A stretch of DNA of 64,000 bases from an uncultured Acidobacteriota bacterium (GTDB taxonomy: Bacteria; Acidobacteriota; UBA6911). The first letter of the stretch is position 1. Each line of letters opens with the position of its first letter. Shown here one piece after another: positions 41,635 to 54,467 of the stretch. Location: NCBI GenBank assembly GCA_963827655.1, contig CAWHCF010000004.1, forward strand, positions 64,001 to 128,000. The letters run 5' to 3'. The notes below the pieces were generated by a model. The model had not been told where the DNA came from, made no database searches, and saw only the letters and a list, made by a program, of their open reading frames with translations. The translations under genes were made by a program, and so were the position numbers.

Positions 41635-43710
41635 TTAGCGTCTTTGCGTCCTGGCGGTTACGGAGAGATTCGCCGAGAGAGCGCGAACGATAGCGCCGGC
41701 TCCTGCGACCCCCAGGAGCTCGGCCGAACGGGCGTGAGTCAATGCAGGTCCATACTGTCTCAAGTTCCAGAGAGTCATAGCGAGATTGTGGTGAGCCTGC
41801 CCCCAGTCAGGTTTCAACCTGACGGCCGTTTGAAGGGGTTGCAGAGCCGAGGTGTAGTCTCTCGCCAGGTAGAGGGCGAAGCCGAGGTCATGGTTCTTCT
41901 CCGCATCGCCGGGAGCGATCTCGCAGGCCCGTCGATAGTGCAGCACGGCCGCTTCAAGTTGTCCCCGGATCCGGTAAAGATATCCCAGGTTCGAGTGTAT
42001 CCAGGCATCGGTCCCGTACCTTGCCAGCGAACGTTTAAACAGCTCGATCGACTGAAGGTGCTCACCGTTTCTCAACAGTGAAAAACCCAGGCCATCCAGA
42101 ACGGTCTTGGTAGCCGTCCCGTTCCTTAACAGGGTCTGAAATTCGCGCGCTGATTCCTGGTAATCGGAAGCGTCCATACGAAGCGACGCCAGCTGTTCGC
42201 GGCATTCCCTGTTCCCGGGGTTGCGTACCAGGCAATCGCGGCAAGCCAGCTCCGCCCGGCCTGGGTTGCCGGATTTCCGGTAGGCGTGGATCAAACCTTG
42301 CCATCCTTCGGCGCCGTCAGGATTCAATTCGACGGCTCGACTGAAGCTTCTTATGGCTCGGGTGAAGTCGCCGCGCGTCATTGCGGATTGAGCTTCTCCC
42401 AGCAGAGCGGCTTCGTGTTTAGAGTTGATACGCAAGGCTTGGGAGTAATATTCGAGTGCCGCGCCTGTCTCGCCGCGCAGAGCCTGGACGTAGCCCATGT
42501 AGGAAAGCAGGTCCGGATCATCAGGCAGGCTCCGGATCGCGTCGAGCATCCGGGCCGCGGCCTCCTGAGCTTTGCCTTGATCGAGATTAGCGGCAGCCAG
42601 GCCTGCGTAGAGGTCCGGAACGGTCAACCCCCGGGTGAGGGCTCGACGATAGGCGCTGGCCGCTTCGGCATCTCTTCCCTGGAGCTGGAGGATGGCGGCC
42701 AGACCCAGGTGAGCCAGCGGATTTTCCGGATCGGTTTCAAGCGCCATGAGAAATGCTTGTCGCGCGTCGTCGATTTGATGCTTCTCTCGTAAGATCTCAC
42801 CCAGCCCGGCCCACGCTTTGGACAGGCGCGGATTGGAATCGAGACAGCGTCGAAGGGCGGCCTCGGCTTCTCCCTTGTTCCCTCTGGCCTTCGCGCGCGC
42901 GGCTTGAAGGAAAAGCCTCTCTGCGTCATAGGTGCGCTGCGACTCAACCCGGGCGGCTTCGGCCTCCTGCTGCTGTCCAAGTTTCCGGTAGGCCAGCTCC
43001 AGCTCCTGGTAGAGCAGCGGGTGATTGTTATCGAGGTCGAGCGCGCGTTCGCTCCAGAACAGGACTCCGTTCCAATCCTGGCCGGTCTTCGACAGGCCAA
43101 TCAGGCTTAAATACGAGGCGAGGTTTCCGGGCTCGAGCTCCACGGCCTTCTTGTATTCCTGGAATGCCTGGCCGTTCTTCCCGAGCGCCTGATAGAGAAA
43201 AGCGAGGGTACGGCGGTGCTCTGCCACCAGGGGATTCCGCTGCGCTAGTTCACGCGCCTCCCGCAAAGCCTCCTGATCTCTCCCCTGGAGAAAGAGACTC
43301 CGAATCCAATGAATACGGGCCCGGTCTCCCAGCGATCGATCACCGAGAATTTTTTCGAACTCCTGCGCGGCTTGCCGGGCCATTCCTTTTTGGACCCACG
43401 TGATTCCGAGTCCGAGTCGCGCAGCGGCGTGCTCGGAGCGCAGGTTCAGCGCCGTGGTGAAAGCATCTTCGGCTTCCGAAACCGCCGAGCGTCCCAGATA
43501 GAGAAAACCAAGTAAAACCCGCGCTTCAGTATGGGCCGGATCATTCTCGGCGATAGATCGTAGCAGTGCCTCGGCTTCAGAAGGGCGAGAGGCCTTGACA
43601 AGGGAAACTGCTCTCTGGAAGAGAGCATCATCGGCAGCGGGCAGACTCAGGCCGGCGGCAAGGGTGATGTAGATCAGAATGATCGCACGAATTAAGAGCA
43701 TATTGTGCAA
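41635..43710 (-). CDS. Secreted multi-TPR protein
   Basis: Signal peptide and many TPR units (e.g. AVELEPGNLASY, AVRLKPDWGQAHHNLA). Confidence 0.88.
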   Translation of the reverse strand: MHNMLLIRAIILIYITLAAGLSLPAADDALFQRAVSLVKASRPSEAEALLRSIAENDPAHTEARVLLGFLYLGRSAVSEAEDAFTTALNLRSEHAAARLGLGITWVQKGMARQAAQEFEKILGDRSLGDRARIHWIRSLFLQGRDQEALREARELAQRNPLVAEHRRTLAFLYQALGKNGQAFQEYKKAVELEPGNLASYLSLIGLSKTGQDWNGVLFWSERALDLDNNHPLLYQELELAYRKLGQQQEAEAARVESQRTYDAERLFLQAARAKARGNKGEAEAALRRCLDSNPRLSKAWAGLGEILREKHQIDDARQAFLMALETDPENPLAHLGLAAILQLQGRDAEAASAYRRALTRGLTVPDLYAGLAAANLDQGKAQEAAARMLDAIRSLPDDPDLLSYMGYVQALRGETGAALEYYSQALRINSKHEAALLGEAQSAMTRGDFTRAIRSFSRAVELNPDGAEGWQGLIHAYRKSGNPGRAELACRDCLVRNPGNRECREQLASLRMDASDYQESAREFQTLLRNGTATKTVLDGLGFSLLRNGEHLQSIELFKRSLARYGTDAWIHSNLGYLYRIRGQLEAAVLHYRRACEIAPGDAEKNHDLGFALYLARDYTSALQPLQTAVRLKPDWGQAHHNLAMTLWNLRQYGPALTHARSAELLGVAGAGAIVRALSANLSVTARTQRR

Positions 43711-44057
43711 GCGCTACCCGCGCATCCCGTATTCGACTGCCTGCCATCCCGGCGATCAGCCGCGCGCCGCTCGCCCCGACGATCGCATTCTCCGAGGGGC
43801 TTCGCGCGCTTGGTCTGCTGCAGCGCCCTGGTGGATCGCGTCTTGCTGACGAGAGGAAACCGCTCAGGATGCTCGATGGATTCAACCGCCAAGTCGATAT
43901 CAAGGTCCGGCCAGTACAGATGATTTGGGGCCTGGAGCAGCACGTTGAGGATGTGACCTACAGGAGCATCACGGAACCACGGAAACTCGTCGAACGGGAC
44001 GAACATCTCCCTGACTCCGATCAGGAGCCAGAAGCCGTGAGCTGAGACGTTAGTCAC
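43692..44057 (-). CDS. DUF2442 family putative antitoxin, native N-terminus lost, C-terminal read-through
   Basis: EVTNVSAHGFWLL..PFDEFPWF..HLYWPDLDIDLAVESIEHPERFPL; in-frame TAA a few codons upstream. Confidence 0.8.
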   Translation of the reverse strand: MTNVSAHGFWLLIGVREMFVPFDEFPWFRDAPVGHILNVLLQAPNHLYWPDLDIDLAVESIEHPERFPLVSKTRSTRALQQTKRAKPLGECDRRGERRAADRRDGRQSNTGCAGSACTICS

Positions 44058-44084
44058 TTCAGCCTCCGGGGCGTCGCGTTAACC

Positions 44085-44259
44085 AGGGCCGAAGGCCCGG
44101 CAGTGAATAGCCCCGCCCGTGAGGGCGTGGACGCGCAAGACCGAGTGGTCTGAGGTCCGAAGGACCGGCACTCCGGTTGTGTCGCACCTTCGGCGCTCAT
44201 AGTGGTGAGACCCAGTTTCCCCGGCCTCACGGGGCTACGACTGTCGGCCCTTTGGGCCT
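44085..44259. repeat. REP-like palindromic element interrupting the DUF4160/DUF2442 pair
   Basis: Imperfect terminal inverted arms AGGGCCGAAGGCCCGGCAGT ... ACTGTCGGCCCTTTGGGCCT with internal hairpins. A related half copy lies at about 22206-22246. Confidence 0.7.
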
Positions 44260-44378
44260 TTCCTCTCTTCGTTCTGCCATCGAGCACTGGATCGCAGGAC
44301 ATGGACGTGGATCCGTGGCTCCTCACGCGAAAAGAAGTAGAATCGATACCCGCCCTTCCGGAATACGGTTGGACTCAC
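44235..44378 (-). pseudogene. DUF4160 family toxin-like gene, 3' truncated
   Basis: MSPTVFRKGGYRFYFFSREEPRIHVHV then runs into the palindromic element. Confidence 0.8.
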
Positions 44379-44516
44379 CCTGCTATGCTTTATCGAGTCA
44401 GGCAGCGATACGAATGTGATCGTAGCACTTGGATACCACGCCTTCAACAAGCCACCACGAACCCTAAGGAAGGCGTCATCGAAATGGGCGGGTACTCAGA
44501 CGGCGGGCTGTCCCAT

Positions 44517-45656
44517 TCAGTAAGCCGCCTGATAAAGGGCCAGCGCTTCTGATTCCTGGAGTGGCCGGGGATTGAACGTGCCGGTCCACTGTTCCATTGC
44601 CCCCCGCGCCAGGGCCGGGAGATCCTCCTTCTTGACGCCAATTTCCCCCAGGCGCTGCGGCAGACCGCTTCGCTCGAGCAAATGTAGCAGGCGGACTTCG
44701 AGACTGACGCCGCCGGCATCGTCTGAAACGCTCATCAATTCGCGATAGCTGTCACCGACCTCAGCGCTGTTCCAGCGCACGACATGATGAAGAAGGATGG
44801 CGATCGCCATGCCGTGGTTGGTTCCGTAGCGATCAGTCAAGGGGTTTGCCAGCGCATGCGTCGCTCCCAGCATGGAGTTTTCGATGGCCACACCCGCGAG
44901 ACAGGCTCCCAGAAGCATCGCGCCGCGAGCGTTCAAATCATCAGGTTGTTGGAGAACCCGTTCATAGTTATTGTCCAGTGACCGCCAGGCTTCCAAAGAG
45001 AAGAACTGCGAGTTAGAACTTCGCCTGGTGCTGACATAGGTTTCAACGGCGTGGCCGATGGCATCGAAGCCCGCCGTTGCCGTTACCATCCGGGGCTGCG
45101 ATACCGTAAGCTGCGGGTCGAGGATGGCAGCCTGGAATGCCGCCTTGGGATCGCCGCAGGCCATCTTGCGATGACTCTGGTCGTCGCTGATCAAGGCGTA
45201 AGACTGCGCTTCACTGCCGGTCCCGGCTGTGGTGGGAACCGCAACCATCGGGAGCATCGGTTTTTGCGCTTTGCCGTAGCCCCAGTAGTCCTTCATGCAG
45301 CCGCCGTTAGTGAGAAGAAAATTGATGGCCTTGGCGCAATCGAGCGAACTTCCTCCGCCCAGGCCAACGATAAAATCTGCGCCGCTTTCGCGCGCGGCGC
45401 GCATTCCTCTCTCCGCCATCTCGGAAGTTGGGTTTTCGCCGAAGTCATGGAAGCGTTCGACCCGGAGGCCGGCATTGGTCATGACCTCCGAAGCGATAGC
45501 TACATGCCCGGCCGCCACAAGACCTGGATCCGAAACCAGCAAAACGCAGCGCCCTCCCGATTCGCGCACGAGATCGCCGAGACGCGACACAGCTCCTACG
45601 CCAAAGTGAATTCGAGTCGGGGACTTGAATTCAACCGCCTCCACCGGGGCTCCCAC
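44517..45656 (-). CDS. Iron-containing alcohol dehydrogenase
   Basis: GLGGGSSLDCAK, VPTTAGTGSE, DAIGHAVE, GATHALA, NHGMA motifs. Confidence 0.93.
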   Translation of the reverse strand: MGAPVEAVEFKSPTRIHFGVGAVSRLGDLVRESGGRCVLLVSDPGLVAAGHVAIASEVMTNAGLRVERFHDFGENPTSEMAERGMRAARESGADFIVGLGGGSSLDCAKAINFLLTNGGCMKDYWGYGKAQKPMLPMVAVPTTAGTGSEAQSYALISDDQSHRKMACGDPKAAFQAAILDPQLTVSQPRMVTATAGFDAIGHAVETYVSTRRSSNSQFFSLEAWRSLDNNYERVLQQPDDLNARGAMLLGACLAGVAIENSMLGATHALANPLTDRYGTNHGMAIAILLHHVVRWNSAEVGDSYRELMSVSDDAGGVSLEVRLLHLLERSGLPQRLGEIGVKKEDLPALARGAMEQWTGTFNPRPLQESEALALYQAAY

Positions 45657-45803
45657 AGCGCGGAAACGCGTCTAACCGAGAAGACTCAATGAAACCCAAA
45701 GCACGATTTTGAAATTGTGGCGGGGAATTGGACGATTTGGAAGAGTAATTGTTTCAAAATTTGTTGCTTTGGGACGGCGCCTTTCTCTACGAACGCTCGT
45801 ATT

Positions 45804-45896
45804 CAGAAGCCCGACTGTCAGGTAGGGCATAGATTTTGGCCCTGAGTCGAAAAGATTCATCGTGGCGCATTAGAGGTTTGCCATGAAGTTCTCGCG
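45804..45896 (+). repeat. ~95 bp diverged direct repeat, copy A
   Basis: cagaagcccgactgtcaggtagggcatagatttt..cgaaaagattc..gcgcattagaggtttgccatgaagttctcgcg. Confidence 0.85.
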
Positions 45897-46070
45897 TATA
45901 TGGACGAAAGCGAAATCGAACTCGGCGTTGGGACAACTCTCTGAAAAAACGGCAGGCGTGGCTCGGTAACCCTGACTACGAACCCCGCTGTATAGCACAG
46001 CCTTCACGATCGGCTAAAGCCGGAACGACCAACCATCAGGCACGCGCCTGAGAAACGAAAGGAGCCGCAA

Positions 46071-47020
46071 ATGAAACCTATTACCAAGATGACTATCGGC
46101 CTGGCAGCGTTCGCGCTGCTGGCCCTCTTTCCGGCCGGTGCTCTCGGGCAACACTTCTCCGAGTGGTCGACACCGGTAAGCCTGGGGCCGACGATCAACA
46201 CTACATCTTTTGAGGTTTGTCCGTCGGTTACAAAGGATGGTCTCAGTCTTTACTTTGGCTCCCCGCGATCCGGCGGCCTCGGTAACGTGGACATCTACGT
46301 TTCAAAGCGTCCGAGCACCAACGATCCGTGGGGAACTCCGCAAAACCTCGGCCCGACGATCAATTCCCCCTCTGTTGACAACTGTCCGTTCGTGACACCC
46401 GATGGCCACACCCTGATTTTTCTGAGCAATCGACCGGAGGTTCCGGTGGCATCGACTTGTACGTTTCATCCCGCCGGAACAAGAGGGATGATTTCGGCTG
46501 GGAGACGCCCGTCCCCCTGCCAGGAATGAACACACCTTTCAATGAGTTTGGCCCAACGGGCTACGAGGATGAAGAAACGGGAGACTTCGTTCTCTTCTTT
46601 ACATCGGATCGCCCGGGCGGCCCCGGCGGCCCCGACATCTATATGACCAGAACGGCAAGCGATGGAACGCTGCTTCCGCCTACTCTCGTGGCAGAACTCA
46701 GCAGCAGTGCGCAAGATTTGTTTGCCAACGTCCGAAAAGACGGGCGAGAATTGTTTCTCTCATCCGATCGCACCGGCACAATTGGAAGTGTGGACTTCTG
46801 GGTGGCCACACGCGAGAGCACCTCTGACCCGTGGGGGGTTCCAGAAAACCTCGGACCGACTATCAATAGCACGGGTTTTGAACAGCGCACCGCGATTTCA
46901 TGGGATGCTCTGACGTTGATTTTCTCTTCGAACCGGCATGGGACCGCGACCTCCGAACTCGACCTGTACGAGACTAACCGTACCAAGCAAAGGGGGCACA
47001 AGGACGATAATGACCACTGA
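46071..47020 (+). CDS. Secreted PD40/WD40-like beta-propeller protein, frameshift near 46437
   Basis: Repeated LGPTIN..CP....DG..L.F.S.R.GG.G..DIY units; the two ORFs join as RP(GG)SGGIDLYVS if one G is restored. Confidence 0.85.
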
Positions 47021-47047
47021 GGCGGTAAACGAGCGATCGGAAAAAGC

Positions 47048-49652
<2,605 letters not shown>

Positions 49653-49663
<11 letters not shown>

Positions 49664-50237
49664 CCGGACCTCCCTGGGTCAGCTCACGTTGCAGCCAGGC
49701 CTTGGCCAGCGTCCAGTCGCGCATCACGGTTCCCGGCGAAACGCCCAGGATCTCAGCCGTTTCTTCAATACTCATACCGCCAAAGAAACGCAATTCCACC
49801 AGCTCGCTCTTGCGGGAATCAAGCTCGGCCAGTCTCAGCAATGCCTCGTCCAGTGCAACCACTTCTGCGGCCCGGTCACTGGACACGCCCATGGCTTCAT
49901 CCAGCTCCGCCGGCTGAGCGCCACCGCCGCGTTTGGCATACTGGCGTGCCCGAGCGTAGTCCACAAGGATACGGCGCATCATCCGGGCCGCCAGCGCAAA
50001 GAATTGGGCACGGTTCTTCCAGTTCGCTTCGCGCTGATCGACGAGTCGAAGGTAGGCCTCATGGACGAGGGCGGTGGTTTGCAGCGTGTGGTCCGGACGC
50101 TCACCACGAAGCTGGCCGTGTGCGAGCCGGCGCAGTTCCCGGTACACCAGCGGCATCAACTCCTCGAGAGCGTGCTGGTCGCCACTGCCCCATGCGACGA
50201 GCTTTTGGGTTACCCCTTCGGGGAGCGGTTCCTTCAT
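49653..50237 (-). CDS. ECF-type sigma factor, kinase-associated (TIGR02999-like)
   Basis: [60 protein letters not shown]. Confidence 0.95.
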
Positions 50238-50395
50238 CTTCTCGAATCCTGCGCGCCAGGGGACTAACGCCGATGCGGGCGATTATAACACTTGCCGGGC
50301 TAACCCCGAATTCCGGAGGGTCGGACCCGAGCTCGGTTGTCAAAGCCCCGAGCCTTCCCTGGCGGTCGGGCTTTTGAACTAGCCAAGCCACAAGA

Positions 50396-50495
50396 CAGTA
50401 GCCCGAGTGTGAGGGGAGGGGAAAGATTTTAGCCAGGCCCTGGGACGAAAAAATTCTTTGCAGCGCATTAGAGGTTTTGCCATGAAGTTCTCGCG
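50396..50495 (+). repeat. ~100 bp diverged direct repeat, copy B
   Basis: cagtagcccgagtgtgaggggaggggaaagatttt..cgaaaaaattc..gcgcattagaggttttgccatgaagttctcgcg. Confidence 0.85.
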
Positions 50496-50549
50496 CATCA
50501 TTGAGTCGCCTCGCTCCAAGGCATGCGTTGGTTGGATTCGATAGCCGGA

Positions 50550-50650
50550 TTATTCCTCCGGGAAATTCATGCGTCGGAGCAGCACTTTCCAGCGTGGATC
50601 GGAATGCAGATTCTCAAGAGGCTGGTCTTCCTTGAGTACGACAAGTAAAG
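50550..50650 (-). pseudogene. C-terminal remnant of a TPR/kinase-type protein
   Basis: LKEDQPLENLHSDPRWKVLLRRMNFPEE* resembles the DP..D.LRSDPR...LLRRM tail of TolB/TPR kinases. Confidence 0.65.
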
Positions 50651-50997
50651 AGTTGCTCCCTCCACGTCGTCGGTCGATCCGGGAGGTCGACCAGGCTGGC
50701 AGTACGGACCCGATCGGTGGCGTAGACGATGACTTCGACACCGCGCTGTCGGTCCCTCGGGCACGGGGTCAGAACGTGTGAAAAAATTCAGCGAACAGCC
50801 CTCGATTGACCAAGAGCCCTTTGGCTTGCCACAGACGCAATCTATTCACAGCTTCTCAGCGTCGGACTCGCGTCCAGACAGTTTTCAAGAAACTCAGCTG
50901 ACATGCGACTGGCTGGCAGCCTAGGTGTTTTGTGTGCGGGATGAACCAGGGTCTCGATCGTTTGAGTCGAACGGCATATTCACGAGGCAACCAACGT

Positions 50998-51870
50998 TTA
51001 CGGCTCAGGTTCAAGGTCGAGCGCCACATCAAGCTGAGGCGCGCTGTGGGTAAGCCATCCGACCGAGAGCAGATCCACTCCGGCGGCGGCGACCGCCCGC
51101 GCCGTTGCGGGGTTGATTCCGCCCGACGCCTCGATTATCACTTTACCCTGCGCCAGGCGGACGCTCCGGCCGATGTCGGCGAGCGACATGTTGTCCAGCA
51201 GAACAGCGTCAACCTCGAGTCGAAGGACTTCTTCCAATTCTTCGATGGTGTCGACCTCAACCTCGATTTTTACCAGATGCCCGATGTAGCGACGGACTCT
51301 TTCAACCGCGGCCGTCACGCTTCCGGCGATCCGGCGGTGGTTGTCTTTTATCAGAACGGCGTCATCGAGTCCGAAGCGATGATTGGCGCCGCAGCCGGCG
51401 CGAACCGCATACTTCTCGAGCGCTCTCAGCCCGGGTGTGGTCTTTCTGGTACACACGACCTTTGCCGGATATTCCCGGATGGCTGCAACGATGTCGCGGG
51501 TTGCGGTGGCTATGCCGCACAGGCGACCTAGCAGGTTGAGCGCAGAGCGCTCGGCCGAAAGCAGCGGCCTCGCGGCTCCACGGATCTCGGCCACTGTCTC
51601 CCCCGGCGCGGCGTCACCGCCGTCCGGAACCCGGACTGTAACCGCGACGTTGGGATCGAGGAGCCGGAAGGCGCAGGCCGAGACCTCGATTCCTGCAATC
51701 CGGCCGCCACTGCGCGCCACAATGAGGGCGTTCGCCGACGCCTGAGGGGGCACGATGGCGTCGGTTGTGAGATCGCCAGCCCGCCCAAGATCCTCTTCTA
51801 GAGCTCTGCGAACCACGCTTTCATATAGCAGCGGATACAGCGGTCTGAGATGGACGCTCGACTCTGCCAT
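50998..51870 (-). CDS. nadC: Nicotinate-nucleotide diphosphorylase (carboxylating)
   Basis: EDLGRAGDLTT, CTRKTTPGLR, HRFGLDDAVLIKDNH, EVEVD, LLDNM, EASGGI. Confidence 0.96.
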   Translation of the reverse strand: MAESSVHLRPLYPLLYESVVRRALEEDLGRAGDLTTDAIVPPQASANALIVARSGGRIAGIEVSACAFRLLDPNVAVTVRVPDGGDAAPGETVAEIRGAARPLLSAERSALNLLGRLCGIATATRDIVAAIREYPAKVVCTRKTTPGLRALEKYAVRAGCGANHRFGLDDAVLIKDNHRRIAGSVTAAVERVRRYIGHLVKIEVEVDTIEELEEVLRLEVDAVLLDNMSLADIGRSVRLAQGKVIIEASGGINPATARAVAAAGVDLLSVGWLTHSAPQLDVALDLEPEP

Positions 51871-52069
51871 TTTGAGTAACGGTAACCATTCATGAATCCT
51901 GCTTGTCGTTTGCGACCGGCGAACAGCGTGTTTCTTAGTGTTTCTTCGTGTCCTAGTGGTATTTGTTTCGTCTCCAGGAAAACGCCAGCACCGACGAGTG
52001 ACAGGAGGTCGCTAAGTCGTCGTGGCCATAAATACCGTAACCATTCAGGTCTCATCATCTCACCAGAAG

Positions 52070-53104
52070 TCAATTCCGCCGCAACTCCAGCATCCGCTCG
52101 ACCGAGCGCCGGGCTTTCTCGGCGACGTCTGGTTCAATCGTCACTTCCGGTTGCATCGTCTGGAGACAGCGCAGAATCTTCGGAAGGGTAATACGCTTCA
52201 TATGCGGGCAGAGGTTGCACGGGCGAATAAACTCGACCTCCGGGAACTCGACCGCTACGTTGTCGCTCATCGAGCACTCGGTGATCATGACGACTCGACT
52301 GGGGCGCTGCTGGTCGACGTGGCGAATCATTCCCGAGGTGGATCCTACGTAATCGGCTTCTGCCAGGACATCAGGCGAGCATTCCGGGTGAGCCAGGATC
52401 TGGATGTCGGGGTATTGCTGGCGGTAGAGGCGCAGGTCACCGGCCGAGAATCGTTCATGAACCTCACAGTGTCCCTTCCAGAGGATCACCTGGGTTTTTG
52501 TCTGTCCGGCAACATAGCGTCCCAGGAACTCGTCAGGCAGGAAAATCACCCGTTCGCTTCCCAGCGACTCGACGATCTCGACGGCGTTGGCGGAGGTGCA
52601 GCAGACATCCGACTCCGCTTTCACCGCGGCCGAAGTATTAACGTAAGTGACGACGGGAACCCCCGGATAGCGCTGGCGCAGCAGCCGCACATCGTCGGCC
52701 GTGATAGACGCTGCCAAAGAGCACCCGGCCTCGACGTCCGGGATCAGGACTTTCTTATCGGGGCAGAGAAGCTTCGCGGTCTCGGCCATGAAGTGCACGC
52801 CACAAAGCACAATGATCTCGGCATCGGTTTGAGCCGCCTGCCGAGCAAGCGCAAGTGAATCGCCCGTGAGATCGGCGACGCCATGGAATATTTCAGGGGT
52901 CTGGTAATTGTGGCTCAGGATGATGGCGTTGTGCCGGCGCTTGAGATCGTTGATCGCGGCCACATAGGGAGCGTGCACGGGCCATTCAATCTGGGGCATG
53001 ACATTCCGGATGCGCTCGAAGATCGGAGCGGTCGCCTGAGCCACCGCAGGCGTGTAGTCCAGACCGTCTGCCGGTCGAGATGAATCGAAAGTGTAAGAGG
53101 CCAA
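52070..53104 (-). CDS. nadA: Quinolinate synthase
   Basis: [49 protein letters not shown] start after GGAGGAGG. Confidence 0.96.
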   Translation of the reverse strand: MASYTFDSSRPADGLDYTPAVAQATAPIFERIRNVMPQIEWPVHAPYVAAINDLKRRHNAIILSHNYQTPEIFHGVADLTGDSLALARQAAQTDAEIIVLCGVHFMAETAKLLCPDKKVLIPDVEAGCSLAASITADDVRLLRQRYPGVPVVTYVNTSAAVKAESDVCCTSANAVEIVESLGSERVIFLPDEFLGRYVAGQTKTQVILWKGHCEVHERFSAGDLRLYRQQYPDIQILAHPECSPDVLAEADYVGSTSGMIRHVDQQRPSRVVMITECSMSDNVAVEFPEVEFIRPCNLCPHMKRITLPKILRCLQTMQPEVTIEPDVAEKARRSVERMLELRRN

Positions 53105-53121
53105 CTTGATACCCTCCTCCC

Positions 53122-53142
53122 TTATGCTCATCCTGAGCATAT
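53122..53142. promoter_or_regulatory. NadQ-type operator 1
   Basis: TTATGCTCA-TCC-TGAGCATAT palindrome matching the recalled ttATRCTCannnTGAGYATaa consensus. Confidence 0.85.
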
Positions 53143-53180
53143 TAAGCCCCAAAAAAATCGCCCCGCCCCGCGGGGCCCAG

Positions 53181-53211
53181 TTATACTAGACCTGAGCATA
53201 TGGGGTGTCAA
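53181..53211 (-). promoter_or_regulatory. nadA sigma70 promoter overlapped by NadQ-type operator 2
   Basis: Minus strand TTGACA-N17-TAGTAT; operator TTATACTAGACCTGAGCATAT at 53181-53201. Confidence 0.75.
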
Positions 53212-53300
53212 CCCCTAACATCATGTGCAGCCTGGTGCAGTCCGGAGCGGGCTTGGATGTCTGCAGGTTCTCAGCGCGCTGGGATCGAGTGCCTGTCAGG

Positions 53301-54326
53301 TTAACTCTGGCGCAATCCGGGCAGGCCGACGCCCGGAGCGGGCCGTTCGCGCAACACGTCGCGTCGGAAGCGGAAAAGCTCGGCCGGGCGGCCACCGGTT
53401 GAATCGTCGAGACGGCCGGTGCCTTCGACCAGCCCCCCTTTTTCGAGCAGACGGCGCAAGTTCTGTTTGTGCAACCGAACGCCGGAGAGCGCTTCCACCA
53501 GGCGCTGAAGTTGCCACAGAGTAAAGGTCGGAGGGAGAAGCTCGAAGACCACGGGGCGGTACTTTATTTTTCCCCTTAACCGGCCGAGGGCTGTGGCAAG
53601 AATACGGCGATGGTCAAAGGCCATCGACTGGCCGACGTGAACGCCGGCGTACTGCTTCGGCTCCTGATTCCCCACAGGCCGAACCGCCTTTGGTGCGTGG
53701 TCGTAAATGGCCTCAGCTGCCAGCCCGGCTTCGTAAAGTAACTCGTAACGTTCGAGAACGAGCTCTCCATTCCACGGCACGCCTCCGAGACCAAATGAAA
53801 TGTCTATTCGCTCCCGCCTTTGCCGGCGTCGGGAGTCGACCGGAGCGTCGCGAACCCAGCGGACCAAGGCCGGTGCTATCGGCTGATCGATTGCAGCCGG
53901 GCGGCCGGTGCGCCAGTCTTCCCAGGGGAAGAATCGGTACCAGTCAACCCACTCCGACTCACTTGCACCCGACGGTTTGACCTCGCGCACCAGCGCCAGG
54001 TAGGCAATCGATATCATCCGGGGAGCGCCCTTCCACTCCCGAGAAAAGCGGTTGCGATCGGCAAAGGTGTAAAGCTGCTCGACGTAACCCAGCTCGAGTC
54101 CGGTCTGTTCGCGCACCCATTGGCGCAAGGCCCGCTCCAGCGTTTGGTCGCTACTCGGGTCCAGAGGTCCAAAGGGAAGGGCGTCTCGCGTCCAATCGCC
54201 GGCGCTTCGCCTCTTTTTTGAAAAACCCGGGAGATAACTCGATTTCTTTACCGTGAGAATCCTGGGCACTTCGTCCGTGACCGCTACGATGACGGCGTTG
54301 AGTCCAATATCTACGGGCGTCTTCAC
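53301..54326 (-). CDS. nadQ: NadQ/NrtR-like Nudix-related NAD biosynthesis regulator
   Basis: LGYVEQLYTF, FPWEDWR, VLERYELLYEAGL, DHRRILATALGRLRGKIKYRPVVFEL, LHKQN, GGRPAELFRF; adjacent to nadA. Confidence 0.88.
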   Translation of the reverse strand: MKTPVDIGLNAVIVAVTDEVPRILTVKKSSYLPGFSKKRRSAGDWTRDALPFGPLDPSSDQTLERALRQWVREQTGLELGYVEQLYTFADRNRFSREWKGAPRMISIAYLALVREVKPSGASESEWVDWYRFFPWEDWRTGRPAAIDQPIAPALVRWVRDAPVDSRRRQRRERIDISFGLGGVPWNGELVLERYELLYEAGLAAEAIYDHAPKAVRPVGNQEPKQYAGVHVGQSMAFDHRRILATALGRLRGKIKYRPVVFELLPPTFTLWQLQRLVEALSGVRLHKQNLRRLLEKGGLVEGTGRLDDSTGGRPAELFRFRRDVLRERPAPGVGLPGLRQS

Positions 54327-54467
54327 GATTTTCTTCCCTGGTCCTTCCGTGCCTTCGGTTGATTCAGGTAGTGTCTCGCCTTCGGGATCGAGATTCCACG
54401 TGAAAGGCTTGTCTCAGGAGGGGTATCATCGTCTCGAAAGAAACAAGTTTAATCCCGGCCATTGCCA

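Noticed and set aside
50280-50400. Structured RNA or riboswitch upstream of the ECF sigma
   Set aside because: Only short imperfect stems, with no recognisable family motif.
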